Positions 38,166 through 48,348 of a stretch of DNA of 64,000 bases are shown here, one piece after another. The notes below the pieces were generated by a model. That model was given only the letters and a program-made list of their open reading frames with translations. It did no database searches and was not told the DNA's origin. The position numbers and the translations under genes were made by a program. The stretch is from a virus. Taxonomy: Duplodnaviria; Caudoviricetes. The stretch spans positions 9,412 to 73,411 of the IMG/VR virus record IMGVR_UViG_3300031853_000025; one strand, given 5' to 3'. Positions within the stretch are counted from its first letter, which is position 1; each line of letters begins with the position of its first letter.

Positions 38166-38918
38166 TTATAGCAGGTCTCCTAGAATTTCAGCTCTAGAAA
38201 GAACTACGTTATTGTATAATGATAAGCTACCATTATATGGTGGAAATGCTAGTCTCATTCCAAGAGATGGATTAGCTAAACTATTATAATTAGATTTAGC
38301 AGTTTGAATATATTCTCTAGTCATCGTGTCTACGTATACATTATAATTCAATAAACGTTTTAATTCAGTCTTAAGTTTATTATAGTAATCAGTAGATACA
38401 TTAAAATTAGATGGAAAATTAGAACGAATGAATGCACTTACATAGTTCTTTTTAATCTCATCCGTATGACCATTAACGTGGATTAGTTTAATTCTTAAGC
38501 CTTGGGAATATGCTGCGTTCATAATAATAGCGTCTATTAATTCTCTATTTTTTAATTCATTACCAGATGAAGTCAGTATAGATTCATTACCATTATTAAC
38601 GTTTCTATACCAACCATATATCCAATCTCTTAAACTATAAACGCTATATTGAGAATCACTAAAAATAGTAAAAGATCTTTCTCCATATCTCATACTCAAT
38701 TCTTTACATATTCTCATAGCCGCATAGATGGAATACATTTCTCCATAGTTATTCGTGCAATGCTTAAATGGAAATAGCTTTACATCTACTATGGAGTCTG
38801 ATGACTGGTGTACAATTACAACGCCTCCTACAACGATATTACCATTTCTAGTATCGACTTTACCATCGACACTAGCATCTGTAAATAATAAAAACTTGTC
38901 TTTAAATATTCTATTCAT
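38166..38918 (-). CDS. rnhA: ribonuclease H (RNase HI family)
   Basis: LFTDAS, TNNYGEM, IFSDSQYS..SL.DW...W, LKNRELI, HVNGH, NVYVD catalytic D/E/D/H/D motifs; GGAGGG RBS favours ATG 38918. Confidence 0.85.
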   Translation of the reverse strand: MNRIFKDKFLLFTDASVDGKVDTRNGNIVVGGVVIVHQSSDSIVDVKLFPFKHCTNNYGEMYSIYAAMRICKELSMRYGERSFTIFSDSQYSVYSLRDWIYGWYRNVNNGNESILTSSGNELKNRELIDAIIMNAAYSQGLRIKLIHVNGHTDEIKKNYVSAFIRSNFPSNFNVSTDYYNKLKTELKRLLNYNVYVDTMTREYIQTAKSNYNSLANPSLGMRLAFPPYNGSLSLYNNVVLSRAEILGDLL

Positions 38919-38966
38919 AGAAATCCCTCCAATCATTTTAATAATATATGGTTTATCCAATATTTA

Positions 38967-38996
38967 GTCTCTATACACTAATTAGTGTATAGAGAC
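38967..38996. terminator. perfect 30-nt palindrome / terminator
   Basis: GTCTCTATACACTAA|TTAGTGTATAGAGAC. Confidence 0.8.
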
Positions 38997-39006
38997 ATTT
39001 TTGTTT

Positions 39007-39525
39007 TTAATCTGCGAATAATTGTTTATAAATATTTCTACGATATTTGACTTTGGTATCAGGGTCTTCCATTAGTAAAGAAGATTTAATGATTCTAAAT
39101 TGCTTTCTAAATTTAATAGGGAATTTAGCATCCCCTGTAAGATCACTTACAATCTCTGTAAGATTAAGATATTTGGCTTTTGTATAGAACGCTTTATATA
39201 TTTCTTCCCCACCAATAACAAAAATCTTTCTTCTAGACTGAAAGACTCTGCAATATAAGATAGCCTCGTCTACACTATGAACTACCATGGCTCCTTTGAC
39301 TTTATAGTCCTTATTATGAGTCAAAATTACATTCACTCTATCAGGTAATAGATGTCCAATAGACTCATATGTTTTTCTACCCATAATAACTATATTATTT
39401 GTAGTCAGTTCCTTAAAGTTTTTCATATCTTCTGGTATATGATAAAGAAGCTTACCATCTTTACTAATAGAACCATCTTTAGTTATTGCTGCTAATAATG
39501 TAATATTTTTGCTATGGTCTATCAT
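39007..39525 (-). CDS. folA: dihydrofolate reductase
   Basis: IPEDMKNFKELT, VIMGRKTYESI, LPDRVNVILT, IFVIGGEEIY, GDAKFP. Confidence 0.95.
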   Translation of the reverse strand: MIDHSKNITLLAAITKDGSISKDGKLLYHIPEDMKNFKELTTNNIVIMGRKTYESIGHLLPDRVNVILTHNKDYKVKGAMVVHSVDEAILYCRVFQSRRKIFVIGGEEIYKAFYTKAKYLNLTEIVSDLTGDAKFPIKFRKQFRIIKSSLLMEDPDTKVKYRRNIYKQLFAD

Positions 39526-39538
39526 TATTATCCCCTTC

Positions 39539-40048
39539 TTAAAGATAAGTTATTACGGTAAGATTAGTCTCTAAAGATTTTTTCACATCAATAATTCTTT
39601 GATTAGGCGAACCGCGTAATGGTAGTGTGATATCTCTATATGCTATTTGAAATTCCCCATCAATAAGAATATCAATTAATTTAAGTACTTTAAGTATTTT
39701 ATTATTCTTTTTTAATTCTTCAAATAAACCACCAGTCCAAATGAATATTCTAATTTTAGGATAAACTTCTTTAACTTTCTTTACTAGAGGTAGTACAATA
39801 CCTATATTTTCTTCACATAATGGTTCTCCACCTAGAATAGATAAATCTCTATGAATACCATTTTTATTAATTAATTTAATAATTCTATCAATATAATCTT
39901 CAGGTAAATCATATCCACCATTAAAATTCCATGTTTGTGGATTATGACATCCATCACAATGATGCGGGCAACCTTGAACCCAGAAGCTTACAGCAATTCC
40001 ATGATCTATATCTACTGTATCATTTGTAATCAAACCAGAATATTTCAA
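39539..40048 (-). CDS. nrdG: anaerobic ribonucleotide reductase activating protein (radical SAM)
   Basis: FWVQGCPHHCDGCHNPQTW (CxxxCxxC), SILGGEPL, IDGEF...LRGSPNQR; probable TTG start at 40048. Confidence 0.95.
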   Translation of the reverse strand: MKYSGLITNDTVDIDHGIAVSFWVQGCPHHCDGCHNPQTWNFNGGYDLPEDYIDRIIKLINKNGIHRDLSILGGEPLCEENIGIVLPLVKKVKEVYPKIRIFIWTGGLFEELKKNNKILKVLKLIDILIDGEFQIAYRDITLPLRGSPNQRIIDVKKSLETNLTVITYL

Positions 40049-40081
40049 GATACACACCTGCCTTCTATTAAAACAAAAATA

Positions 40082-40114
40082 AACCACCTCTATAGAATTT
40101 CTATAGAGGTGGTT
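40082..40114. terminator. palindrome/terminator between nrdD and nrdG
   Basis: AACCACCTCTATAGAA-T-TTCTATAGAGGTGGTT. Confidence 0.75.
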
Positions 40115-40126
40115 ATCTTATTTAAA

Positions 40127-40537
40127 TTAGAATTTTTCTTCTGAATTATCTACATGAAGAACGCGTTCTTTAATTTCTTCCGTTCTTCCTTGATTCCAGA
40201 AGTTTGTTCCTATATAGCCGCATGTTCTGCGACTAACGTTTAATTTAGTCTTATCAGTATTTCCACAATTCGGGCATTGCCAATATAAGTGGCCTTCTTC
40301 GCCTTTAATTTCAATTTCTCCAGTGTATCCGCATACTTGGCAATAATCATGCTTAGAATTTAATTCAGCATACATGTTTGTATTATAAATAAATTTGATA
40401 ATAGTCATTACGGCATCAATATTATTACTAAGATCAGGGCATTCTCCGTAGGAGATGTTTCCACCTGGTGATAGTTTTTGAAATTCAGATTCTAATTTTA
40501 ATTTTGAGAAAATATCAATGTTTTCTCGCACATTAAC
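40127..40537 (-). CDS. nrdD: nrdD exon 4 (zinc ribbon plus glycyl-radical loop)
   Basis: SPGGNISY, CQVC/CPNC, RRTCGYIG. Confidence 0.9.
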   Translation of the reverse strand, partial: VNVRENIDIFSKLKLESEFQKLSPGGNISYGECPDLSNNIDAVMTIIKFIYNTNMYAELNSKHDYCQVCGYTGEIEIKGEEGHLYWQCPNCGNTDKTKLNVSRRTCGYIGTNFWNQGRTEEIKERVLHVDNSEEKF

Positions 40538-43500
40538 CATACTCACTTAAGAGTATCAGACTATATCATCATCTCATAAGCTGTTATGAGACGCCATGCG
40601 CTTCCACTATACCATTTCAGATATAATGTACTCTACTCGGTTACTCACCCAGACTACGCTCTGAGCTACCCTTTCGATAGTCGTTACACTTTTCTAACAA
40701 AAGTCTACCATAATAAACACTCCTGTTAGACTTAGCACGGAGTTATTGCACATATGTACAGTTTTCTCCGTTAACATTACAATCTATACTTATGTAATAG
40801 CATAAATTGTAACATACCCCACAAATATGGGTTCACATGGTTATTCGTAATATCTCACGATATTAAGCCACATTTTTTTAGTCTATGGTATGAATTAGTG
40901 ATGTAATCTTTATCAGTTACGTCTTTAATAATGCCAAATCGTTTCTTTAGACATTTTGCAAATTTATAAGTTGTTGATTCGATAGGAGATCCGTATAAGC
41001 TATATCCAATATCTTCTTCGGCTCTCCATTTGGCACATTTGTCATTCATATATTGCATGACTTTAAGACCAAATTCTTTACCATTAGTCTGTGTATGAGA
41101 TTCACCAGTCATGTATTTTACACATTCATACAAACCAGCGTAACCTAAAGAAATAGTAGAATAATTATGCTTCAATAATTCATTAATAGTTTCTCCTTTC
41201 TTTAGACGGGCGTATGCACCATTTTGCCAAAGAATTGGAGCAATATCAGATTTTGTACCTAGCAATCTATTATGTCTACATTTTAATGCTTTATGGCACA
41301 ATTCAAGTCTTTCATCAAAGATCTTCCAGAATTTATCAAAGTCTTTATGAGAAGACAATGCTACATCTGGTAAATTAATAGTTACGACGCCTTGGTTAAA
41401 GCGTCCATAATATTTATGGCCTTTATATTTTTCCCAATTTAATGCTTTAGCATAATTTTCTGTACAGGTATCATTAGTTAAGAATGAACGACACCCCATA
41501 CATGTCAGTTCATCTCCATTTTTTAATTCTCTTTGTACTTTATTGGAAATATAATCTGGAACCATTCTCTTAGCTGAACATTCAGCTGCAAGTCTGGTTA
41601 ATTGATAATACTTAGAATCTTCATTAATATTGCATTCATCAAGGGCATAGATGATCTTTGGGAACGCCACTGTAATGTATACACCATTAGCATTCTTTAC
41701 CCCTTGAATACGTTGTTTTAAAACTTCTTCAGCTACTAAAGCTAAATCTTGGCGTTCTTTTCCTTCAGGCACTTCATTTAAATTAATATAAACAGTTACA
41801 AATGGAGCTTGGCCGTTCGTTGTCATTAGGGTTATGATCTGGTATTGTAAAGTCTGTACACCGGCTTCAATATCACGTTTAACTAACTCTTCGATCTGCT
41901 CATCTGTAAATGTTTTATATCTCTTTTTAAAAGTATCTCTTGTTGTTTGGACAAAAGGAGATAAATGTGCCAAACTAACAGATTGTCCCACCCTAGAATA
42001 ATTTTGTGTTTTATTCTAAGCCAGACTATTTCTTATTGACATGGGTATATGTCAATCGATACGTTTCAACTGTAATCTCTTACAGCTTACATATATAGTC
42101 GTTACAATGTGTTATTTTTTAACAATTTTAATTTCATATTTAGACGGAGTTTCTAAGTATCTTCTAGTTTGAGTTTCTGATTTACAGATAAATCTAGCAA
42201 ATGCAGCAACTGTTTTAAACTCATATTTATTTTTATAAATAATTTTTTCAAACGGTGCTTTATTATTTCTAACTACAGATTTATTCAAAAAATAATAAGC
42301 ATGTTTATTGTTTTCACTCTGAGATACCCATTCAAGATTACTTGCTAAATTACAAGTCTTATCACCATTCTTATGGTTAATTGTATTATTAATTTCTGAA
42401 TACCCTGGAACAAATGCAAATCCAACGAGTCTTGCAATAGAAAGATTTGCAGATTTAATTCCATTAAATAATTTGATATACATATAGCCACTTAAAATAT
42501 TTTTAGAAGGTTTTAATAAATAATATGCTCCATATCTTTGAGCATAATTTCTTACTCTACCATAATTAGAAACTTGGTAATTTGGATATCCTAGTATCGG
42601 TTTCCACTCTTCATCGGAAATTTTTTCATAAGAATAATTTCTAGATGAATTATTCATTATATTTTGTTTACGTTCTTCTGCTTTATTAGAAGCTCTCTGA
42701 TCATGAAGAATTCTTTCTCTATTAATATCGTCGTCTACTGTACAAAAGGTTCTAAATTTACCTCTATCAATTCCTAAATCTTTACATAATTTAGTAATTG
42801 GTTCATCTTTACGTAATAACGAAATAATTTGATTCTTTTTCTTATTAAGAATTTTTTGATTGGAAGGAGTTAAATGCTTTAAATTAGCCTTTTCAAATCC
42901 CCATTCTCTAATTAGAGTAGTAATAGTTTTTCTATCTATTTTAAGGAGTCGTTCTATATAACTAAAACTTCTACCCTCTTTTTCGTATAAAATTTGAATA
43001 GTATCTTTTAATAAAATCGCTTTATCTCTATTATTCATTTAGGCGTTCCACCTTTCAAAAATAACACATCACGAGATTAGAAATTCCATCCTACCTCGTT
43101 AGCCACGAAATTAAATTTCGTAACCCATCGTTTTTCTTCGATGTTAGTATCGTTTTACTACGGCAGATTAGAAACCGTACTGCGAAGACGCAACTTGAGC
43201 GATTACTTGTGTTGCAATATTGCAAGCTGTAGAAAATCTATGAGGTTTTTCAATAAGCACATCAGAAATTACTGTACCATTTTGAAGCATGTCTTCTAGA
43301 TTGACAAGCCCACAATTATTAATTCTTTCAATGAAATAATCAATATCCAACATAGCAGTTTAACTATGTCTGACTATATCACATTCTGAAATAACTATTA
43401 CCGCTACTTCAGAACCCAGGAACTTAGGTGATGAATTAAAAATTCACCTTGTAGTCTTGATACTACTCCTACTCTACTCACTTCGTGTAGAAACTCTACC

Positions 43501-44281
43501 TTATTTTCAACTCAGCCTATGCCTCTGACTAATTATGAGGACTTATTATTTATACATTTCTGTAAATGCTGTGTTTCTAGTTTTCGATAGTCGATTGACC
43601 TTGATTTGTATTTATATATCAGCGACAAATACAAATCCTTGGCACAGGATTATGCGACCAGTATTAGTAGTCACCCTTCCCTGTTAGCAGAATGTCTAAT
43701 CACCATTTACTGTGATTCCTAAATCGTTCATTCTACACCCCATATTCTATGGGTTCACCTGGTTTTCTTAAACAGTCACCTGCTTAAGCCACAATATTTT
43801 TATGGAAATGAATAATACCAGCTTTATGTGCTTCTACTACATCTTTAGGTAATAGATTTCTCATAGACTGATCAGTAGAAACGGCACCGGCAATATAATC
43901 TCTTTGTGTTGTAGCTAATGCAGAATTCTTGTTAGAATTTTCATTACTCCAATAATCATTCCTATCTTCAACAATTTCATTGACTACATCATCAATCGTA
44001 GATTTGCGTGCATCTGTACGTTTCTGACGATAACGAATATAATCTCTTGCAGTCTCTTTATACTTGCTATGAAGAAGTCTATCTTCTACATAATCTTGTA
44101 CTTCTTCAACTGTCATTTTATCTTCTTTAGTTTCATCTAAAATATCTTTAGCTACAGTATTGGTAAAGCTAACAAAATCATCTGTTAATTTATACACATC
44201 AGTTCTGGCTTTAGTCATAGCATTTACAATCTTTTCAGCATTAAAATCAACTACTCTTCCGTCTCGTTTAATAATTTTCAT
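40127..44281 (-). CDS. nrdD: anaerobic ribonucleoside-triphosphate reductase (class III), 4 exons, spliced product 722 aa
   Basis: Exons 44281-43802, 43347-43174, 41988-40885, 40537-40127. Splicing restores IHFH|DIDY, SQYG|GQS and NSYH|VNVRE. ATP cone, CMGCRSFL, RRTCGYIG glycyl-radical motif. Confidence 0.95.
40538..40884 (-). mobile_element. group I intron 3 in nrdD (347 nt, no ORF)
   Basis: P1 CCAU/GUGG; core motifs GTTAACGGAG, AACTCCGTGCTAAG, TGTAACGACTATCGAAAG, GATGATATAGTC; terminal G at 40538. Confidence 0.9.
40885..41988 (-). CDS. nrdD: nrdD exon 3 (368 codons)
   Basis: GQSVS...NGQAPFVT...FPKIIY...CMGCRSFL...GRFNQGVVTINLP...YITNSYH. Confidence 0.9.
41989..43173 (-). mobile_element. 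group I intron 2 in nrdD (1185 nt) carrying a homing endonuclease gene
   Basis: P1 UACGGU/GCCGUA; core motifs GCTAACGAGG, AATCTCGTG, TGTAACGACTA, AAGAAATAGTC; terminal G at 41989. Confidence 0.9.
42112..43038 (-). CDS. intron-encoded NUMOD4-HNH homing endonuclease (308 aa)
   Basis: EEWKPILGYPNYQVSNYGRVRN (NUMOD4); TINHKNGDKTCNLASNLEWVSQSENNKHA (HNH). Confidence 0.9.
   Translation of the reverse strand: MNNRDKAILLKDTIQILYEKEGRSFSYIERLLKIDRKTITTLIREWGFEKANLKHLTPSNQKILNKKKNQIISLLRKDEPITKLCKDLGIDRGKFRTFCTVDDDINRERILHDQRASNKAEERKQNIMNNSSRNYSYEKISDEEWKPILGYPNYQVSNYGRVRNYAQRYGAYYLLKPSKNILSGYMYIKLFNGIKSANLSIARLVGFAFVPGYSEINNTINHKNGDKTCNLASNLEWVSQSENNKHAYYFLNKSVVRNNKAPFEKIIYKNKYEFKTVAAFARFICKSETQTRRYLETPSKYEIKIVKK
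43174..43347 (-). CDS. nrdD: nrdD exon 2 (58 codons)
   Basis: DIDYF...NCGLVNLEDMLQNGT...VASSQYG. Confidence 0.9.
43348..43801 (-). mobile_element. group I intron 1 in nrdD (454 nt, no ORF)
   Basis: Exon ends in U and intron ends in G; P1 CCAU/GUGG; core motifs GCTAACAGGGAAG, AATCCTGTGCCAAG, TCAATCGACTA, GTGATATAGTC. Confidence 0.9.
43802..44281 (-). CDS. nrdD: nrdD exon 1 (ATP cone plus N-terminus)
   Basis: MKIIKRDGR ATP-cone start; ends GIIHFH (CAT). Confidence 0.9.
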
Positions 44282-44316
44282 ATAACCATCCTTTCTATAA
44301 TAAAAATATAAAAAAA

Positions 44317-44347
44317 TTGAGTAAAGATTTCATTAGTCTTTACTCAA
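44317..44347. terminator. terminator hairpin
   Basis: TTGAGTAAAGA/TCTTTACTCAA. Confidence 0.65.
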
Positions 44348-44410
44348 ATTTTTATTAGTAATTAAATGTCTATTATAAAATTTAGATTTTCATCTTTGAC
44401 CTATTATCGG

Positions 44411-45208
44411 TTAAACTGCAACTTTCATCTTTAAGACTCCTAAATCGTTATAACCATTTAGACAAATATCATCAATAGTAAACTTATAGAAGTCTTTAAC
44501 CTCTGGATTGATTTCTAATTTTGGAGCAGCAATCTTAGTTGCAACATCCATTCTTTCAATCTGCTCTTTAATCATTGGTATATGATTTTCATAAATATGA
44601 GCATTATTAATTACATGAGTAAATAAACCAGGTTTTAAATTAGTTACTTGAGCAATCAAGTATACCAGAGTAGCGTATTGCGTTAGATTAAAGCAGATCC
44701 CAATGCCCCAGTCCCCGCTGCGCTGGCTCAAAATACAGTTTAGATAGCCATCGGTTACATCCCACATGGTTTCAAAAGCACATGGCTGCAATGCCATATC
44801 AGGTAAGTCTTCATTATTCCATAATGTAACAATCATACGCCTAGACTGATTGTCATTCTTAAGAGTATCGATAAGATTATCTAATTGATGATACTTTTTG
44901 ATTTGATAGCCATACGCTTTACCAATTGTACCATCTTCTCTCATCCATTCATCCCAAACATGACAACCCATTTTCTGTAGTTCTCTTACGTCATTTGACT
45001 GTTTTTGCCAAATCCATAAGAGTTCTTTAATTGCTGTTTTAAATGCTACATGCTTACTAGATAGAATTGGAAATTCTTTTCTTAAATCAAACTGCATAAT
45101 CTGATGAGGTAGTTTGTAAGTCGGAATTCCTGTTCTGTTATTGCTATAATATCCATGATCTAAGATATTCTTAGCAATTGTTAAATATTGTACATCTGCA
45201 TTTGCCAT
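44411..45208 (-). CDS. thyA: thymidylate synthase
   Basis: NRTG, FPIL, ELLWIW, YGYQ, SRRMIV, ALQPC (catalytic Cys), QRSGD...[12 protein letters not shown]. Confidence 0.95.
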   Translation of the reverse strand: MANADVQYLTIAKNILDHGYYSNNRTGIPTYKLPHQIMQFDLRKEFPILSSKHVAFKTAIKELLWIWQKQSNDVRELQKMGCHVWDEWMREDGTIGKAYGYQIKKYHQLDNLIDTLKNDNQSRRMIVTLWNNEDLPDMALQPCAFETMWDVTDGYLNCILSQRSGDWGIGICFNLTQYATLVYLIAQVTNLKPGLFTHVINNAHIYENHIPMIKEQIERMDVATKIAAPKLEINPEVKDFYKFTIDDICLNGYNDLGVLKMKVAV

Positions 45209-45263
45209 AATTTAACCTCCTTAAAATAATTATTTAAATGTGCCGTAAATAATCAAATATAAT

Positions 45264-45290
45264 CCCAGTAGAGTCAATGACTCTACTGGG
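45264..45290. terminator. palindrome/terminator
   Basis: CCCAGTAGAGTCA-A-TGACTCTACTGGG. Confidence 0.75.
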
Positions 45291-45299
45291 TATAGTTTA

Positions 45300-45833
45300 T
45301 TAAATACTAAATTCGTTTAAACCAATCTCTTTAATTACATCTTCAAATGGTTTATTTAAATATTCAGCAATAGTCTTCTGCTCTGTGTAATTCTTCTCTT
45401 TAAGATAAGACTCAATATCCTTATTGGTAGTTGTTAGATAATCTAGAATCTTCTTGCTAATAGTAGAAATTTCATCATCTGTATTAGCATAACGTAATGG
45501 TTCATCAATATCGAGAAAAGCTTTTTTCCGTACAATTTTATTCATATACTTTTCTCTTTGTAATTTGATATTATAATAGATTGTGTAATAAATCTCATCA
45601 GGTGTCATGTAATTCTCTTCCTGAGAAACACTCGTCGGAGATTTTAAAACAAAATTACCTGATTCATCTACACCCTGGATGTAACCGACTTCAACGTTTG
45701 GCATATTTGTAACATCGATCCAAACCGTCTTTGGGTCGAAGTAATTCGATAGTTCATCCATTGCTAATGGTGTTTCATAAATATAAATTACTTTTTGCTT
45801 ATATAATTGAGCAAATTTATTTAGTTTAGCCAT
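45300..45833 (-). CDS. hypothetical protein (177 aa), possibly tail-fibre-assembly-like
   Basis: FAQLYKQKVIYIYE...WIDVTNMPNVEVGY resembles small proteins seen beside Firmicutes phage fibres; weak. Confidence 0.55.
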   Translation of the reverse strand: MAKLNKFAQLYKQKVIYIYETPLAMDELSNYFDPKTVWIDVTNMPNVEVGYIQGVDESGNFVLKSPTSVSQEENYMTPDEIYYTIYYNIKLQREKYMNKIVRKKAFLDIDEPLRYANTDDEISTISKKILDYLTTTNKDIESYLKEKNYTEQKTIAEYLNKPFEDVIKEIGLNEFSI

Positions 45834-45841
45834 TATTTATT

Positions 45842-46729
45842 TCACCTCTCTTTATCTTGTAGTTCACTTTCTTCGACAATTTCGTCGACATCGTCATCGA
45901 GATCTTGTATATTTGCAAATATACTATTCTTAGTGGATTCTTCTTTCATTTTCGAAAGATAATGGATATTCTCTATATCACTAAGATAGTCAAACTTAAA
46001 AGTTGGTTTATAACGTGGATTTGTTATAGCCTCATAAGTTATAGTATATTGCAAATTCAAAGTCTCTTCCGTCTCATTATCTATTGTATAATTCTCTAAT
46101 ATCTTTTTTATACTATCAAAGTCTACTTTATTTAATTTTTCATGTCTCGCCTGCACCGAGAATAAATACTCAGGAAGATTGTCATCTTTTCCAGAGTAGT
46201 TCTTATAATCGTAATATATCTTATGAATATCCGGGATATTGTGCAAGGCAATATTATCCGTGATAATCTTTGTCTCTATGCAATTAATGCTGCATAGATC
46301 TTCCGTTAGCATATTAAGAACCTTGACTGGTTCTGCATAATCTATATCTTCCGTTAACCGATGGTATTGATCTAAAGCAAATACCATTGAAGATACTCCG
46401 TCTATCATGTAATATCTATTAATAAAATATACCATCTCCATTATGGATATTTTATATATAGATTGATAATGTGTAAACTTATCAAGATAAAACGTGAGTT
46501 CTTTATAAATATCGGTTTCGTTAGGCTGTATATAGATTAATAAATAATACTGCTTTAAATACTCTCTAAGTATATCCGATATATATAAGTTGTCTCTGCA
46601 ATTTTCTAAATATTGTATCGGTACGGCTGGTCTACATAGAATATTTAGATTTAGTGCATTATATTCTTTAAATTCTTTTGTAGGGTCTTCTTGCCGTTTT
46701 TTAAATAATTTATTTAAAAATTTAAGCAT
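45842..46729 (-). CDS. hypothetical protein (295 aa)
   Basis: Long ORF; no motif recognised. Confidence 0.7.
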   Translation of the reverse strand: MLKFLNKLFKKRQEDPTKEFKEYNALNLNILCRPAVPIQYLENCRDNLYISDILREYLKQYYLLIYIQPNETDIYKELTFYLDKFTHYQSIYKISIMEMVYFINRYYMIDGVSSMVFALDQYHRLTEDIDYAEPVKVLNMLTEDLCSINCIETKIITDNIALHNIPDIHKIYYDYKNYSGKDDNLPEYLFSVQARHEKLNKVDFDSIKKILENYTIDNETEETLNLQYTITYEAITNPRYKPTFKFDYLSDIENIHYLSKMKEESTKNSIFANIQDLDDDVDEIVEESELQDKER

Positions 46730-46756
46730 ATTATCTACACTCCCATATAAAAAATA

Positions 46757-46784
46757 AACCGAGACGATAACTATCGTCTCGGTT
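46757..46784. terminator. terminator hairpin
   Basis: AACCGAGACGATA-AC-TATCGTCTCGGTT. Confidence 0.8.
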
Positions 46785-46788
46785 ATAA

Positions 46789-47220
46789 TTATACAATAAT
46801 TTCTTCACAATACCCATCATTTGTCGTATAATAAATATGACGGATTCCCATAGCCTTAATTTGTGCCATACACGCATTACACGGACGACTCATAGCTACT
46901 TTATGGGTTTTCTTTGTCTCTCTATACACATACAATTTAGCTTTGCTTAAATCATAATCAAAATAACGGATTTTAAGAAGACAAGCCATTTCCGCATGTA
47001 ATGTATTTTTACACATTTCGGACGGCTCATCTTCAAATCTCAATTTGTTTAATCTTTTTTGCAATGGATGTGATTTATTATTATTAGCGGAAACAAAAAT
47101 GTTATCATTACTAATAACCAATACAGCTCCAATATGAGCACTTTTAACATTGCTTGTTTTACTAACTTCTTTCGCAATATTAAAGTATTTCATATCTCTA
47201 TGAGTAATCAATACAATCAA
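46789..47220 (-). CDS. CMP/dCMP-type zinc deaminase
   Basis: HIGAVLV, TLHAEMACL, MSRPCNACM (HAE...PCxxC), GIRHIYYTT. Confidence 0.85.
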   Translation of the reverse strand: MIVLITHRDMKYFNIAKEVSKTSNVKSAHIGAVLVISNDNIFVSANNNKSHPLQKRLNKLRFEDEPSEMCKNTLHAEMACLLKIRYFDYDLSKAKLYVYRETKKTHKVAMSRPCNACMAQIKAMGIRHIYYTTNDGYCEEIIV

Positions 47221-47978
47221 CCTTCTTTAAGAAAATGTGCCAAGTTACTATCAAAGATTTGCCTAATCATATTAAAGATTTGATCTTCTGTTTTACAACT
47301 CTTATCAATATTATCAAGCTCAATGTCATATTGCCTAAAATCGGTTGCTCCATAACTAAACGGAAACTCTTTAAGAAAATTATTTACCTTATCTAAATAA
47401 GTATACTTGTCTTCATTAATTTCGTCATTATGTGATTTATCCACTACTCTACGTTGCTCAATAATGGTCTTACTATCAATGATATTATGAATCATCTTAT
47501 AAATAAGATTTGCTTTCGGTAATTTAAATTCTTTTTCATTTAATTCATATATTTCTCTTTCAAAGTCTTTATAAAGATTTTCATATGAATAAATATTAAA
47601 CTTTGCTTCTTTATTGCCTGTCTTTAATGCATATGATGCACCCTGGTAATAAATATTACTATACCAAAATCTATCAAATATCATAATGTAATTCTTATCA
47701 TAATATTCTTTAAGCTGCTTATAATATACATCATACATATCAAGCATAAATAATGTACTTACCATCTTCGGAGATAACGGTTGTTTATTAATATTCCCCT
47801 TAAAATACTCTCTCAATAAATAACTCGAATCTCCATCATAATTCGGAAAGCTTACTACAATTACATTACTCGTATATGTATCTTCAATATAGTCTTGCAA
47901 CTTACAAGCATTCGTATACTTAAAAGTACCATCTATACCCTCAAAGTCAATAATAAATGGTTTACTAAGTTTAAACAT
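47217..47978 (-). CDS. tmk: thymidylate kinase-like dNMP kinase
   Basis: IIDFEGIDGTFKYT (variant P-loop), VSFPNY, IFDRFWYSNIYYQG. Confidence 0.7.
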   Translation of the reverse strand: MFKLSKPFIIDFEGIDGTFKYTNACKLQDYIEDTYTSNVIVVSFPNYDGDSSYLLREYFKGNINKQPLSPKMVSTLFMLDMYDVYYKQLKEYYDKNYIMIFDRFWYSNIYYQGASYALKTGNKEAKFNIYSYENLYKDFEREIYELNEKEFKLPKANLIYKMIHNIIDSKTIIEQRRVVDKSHNDEINEDKYTYLDKVNNFLKEFPFSYGATDFRQYDIELDNIDKSCKTEDQIFNMIRQIFDSNLAHFLKEG

Positions 47979-48024
47979 GCCTCATCATATCCTCTCTCTA
48001 TTAAATAATACTATTATATTTATT

Positions 48025-48348
48025 TCAATTATTTTTATTAATAAAATAAAATTCATTATTGTCTTTGTCTAATACAATATCCTTCAAATCTAATAGCTTA
48101 TTTATCTTATCTGAATCTTCGAAGTTCTTTAAGTAATATTTTTTATTGTTAATATATATAAACAATCTTGTCTCTCTATATATCTTAACAATATCTTTAT
48201 CTGGTTTAAACTCTACTATATTGAATCTTTGTCTTTTCTTATTGCTTCTTAAATAATCTACTATTACACATAATGCAGTTAATGATATTATAAGAACAAT
48301 ATTATTTCTAAAAGTCTCTTGTATATATACTATTATAGAATCAATCAT
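48025..48348 (-). CDS. small membrane-anchored hypothetical protein (107 aa)
   Basis: One hydrophobic segment IVLIISLTALCVIV; AAAGGAGA RBS. Confidence 0.65.
   Translation of the reverse strand: MIDSIIVYIQETFRNNIVLIISLTALCVIVDYLRSNKKRQRFNIVEFKPDKDIVKIYRETRLFIYINNKKYYLKNFEDSDKINKLLDLKDIVLDKDNNEFYFINKNN

Noticed and set aside
40127-44281. nrdD as a pseudogene or four separate genes
   Set aside because: The gaps carry group I core motifs and canonical splice sites, and joining the pieces restores the frame.
44411-45208. ThyA as a base-modifying hydroxymethylase, or as an intron-containing gene
   Set aside because: The ORF is continuous and full length, keeps the FN asparagine (not the Asp of dCMP hydroxymethylases), and DHFR is encoded nearby, which fits a true thymidylate synthase.
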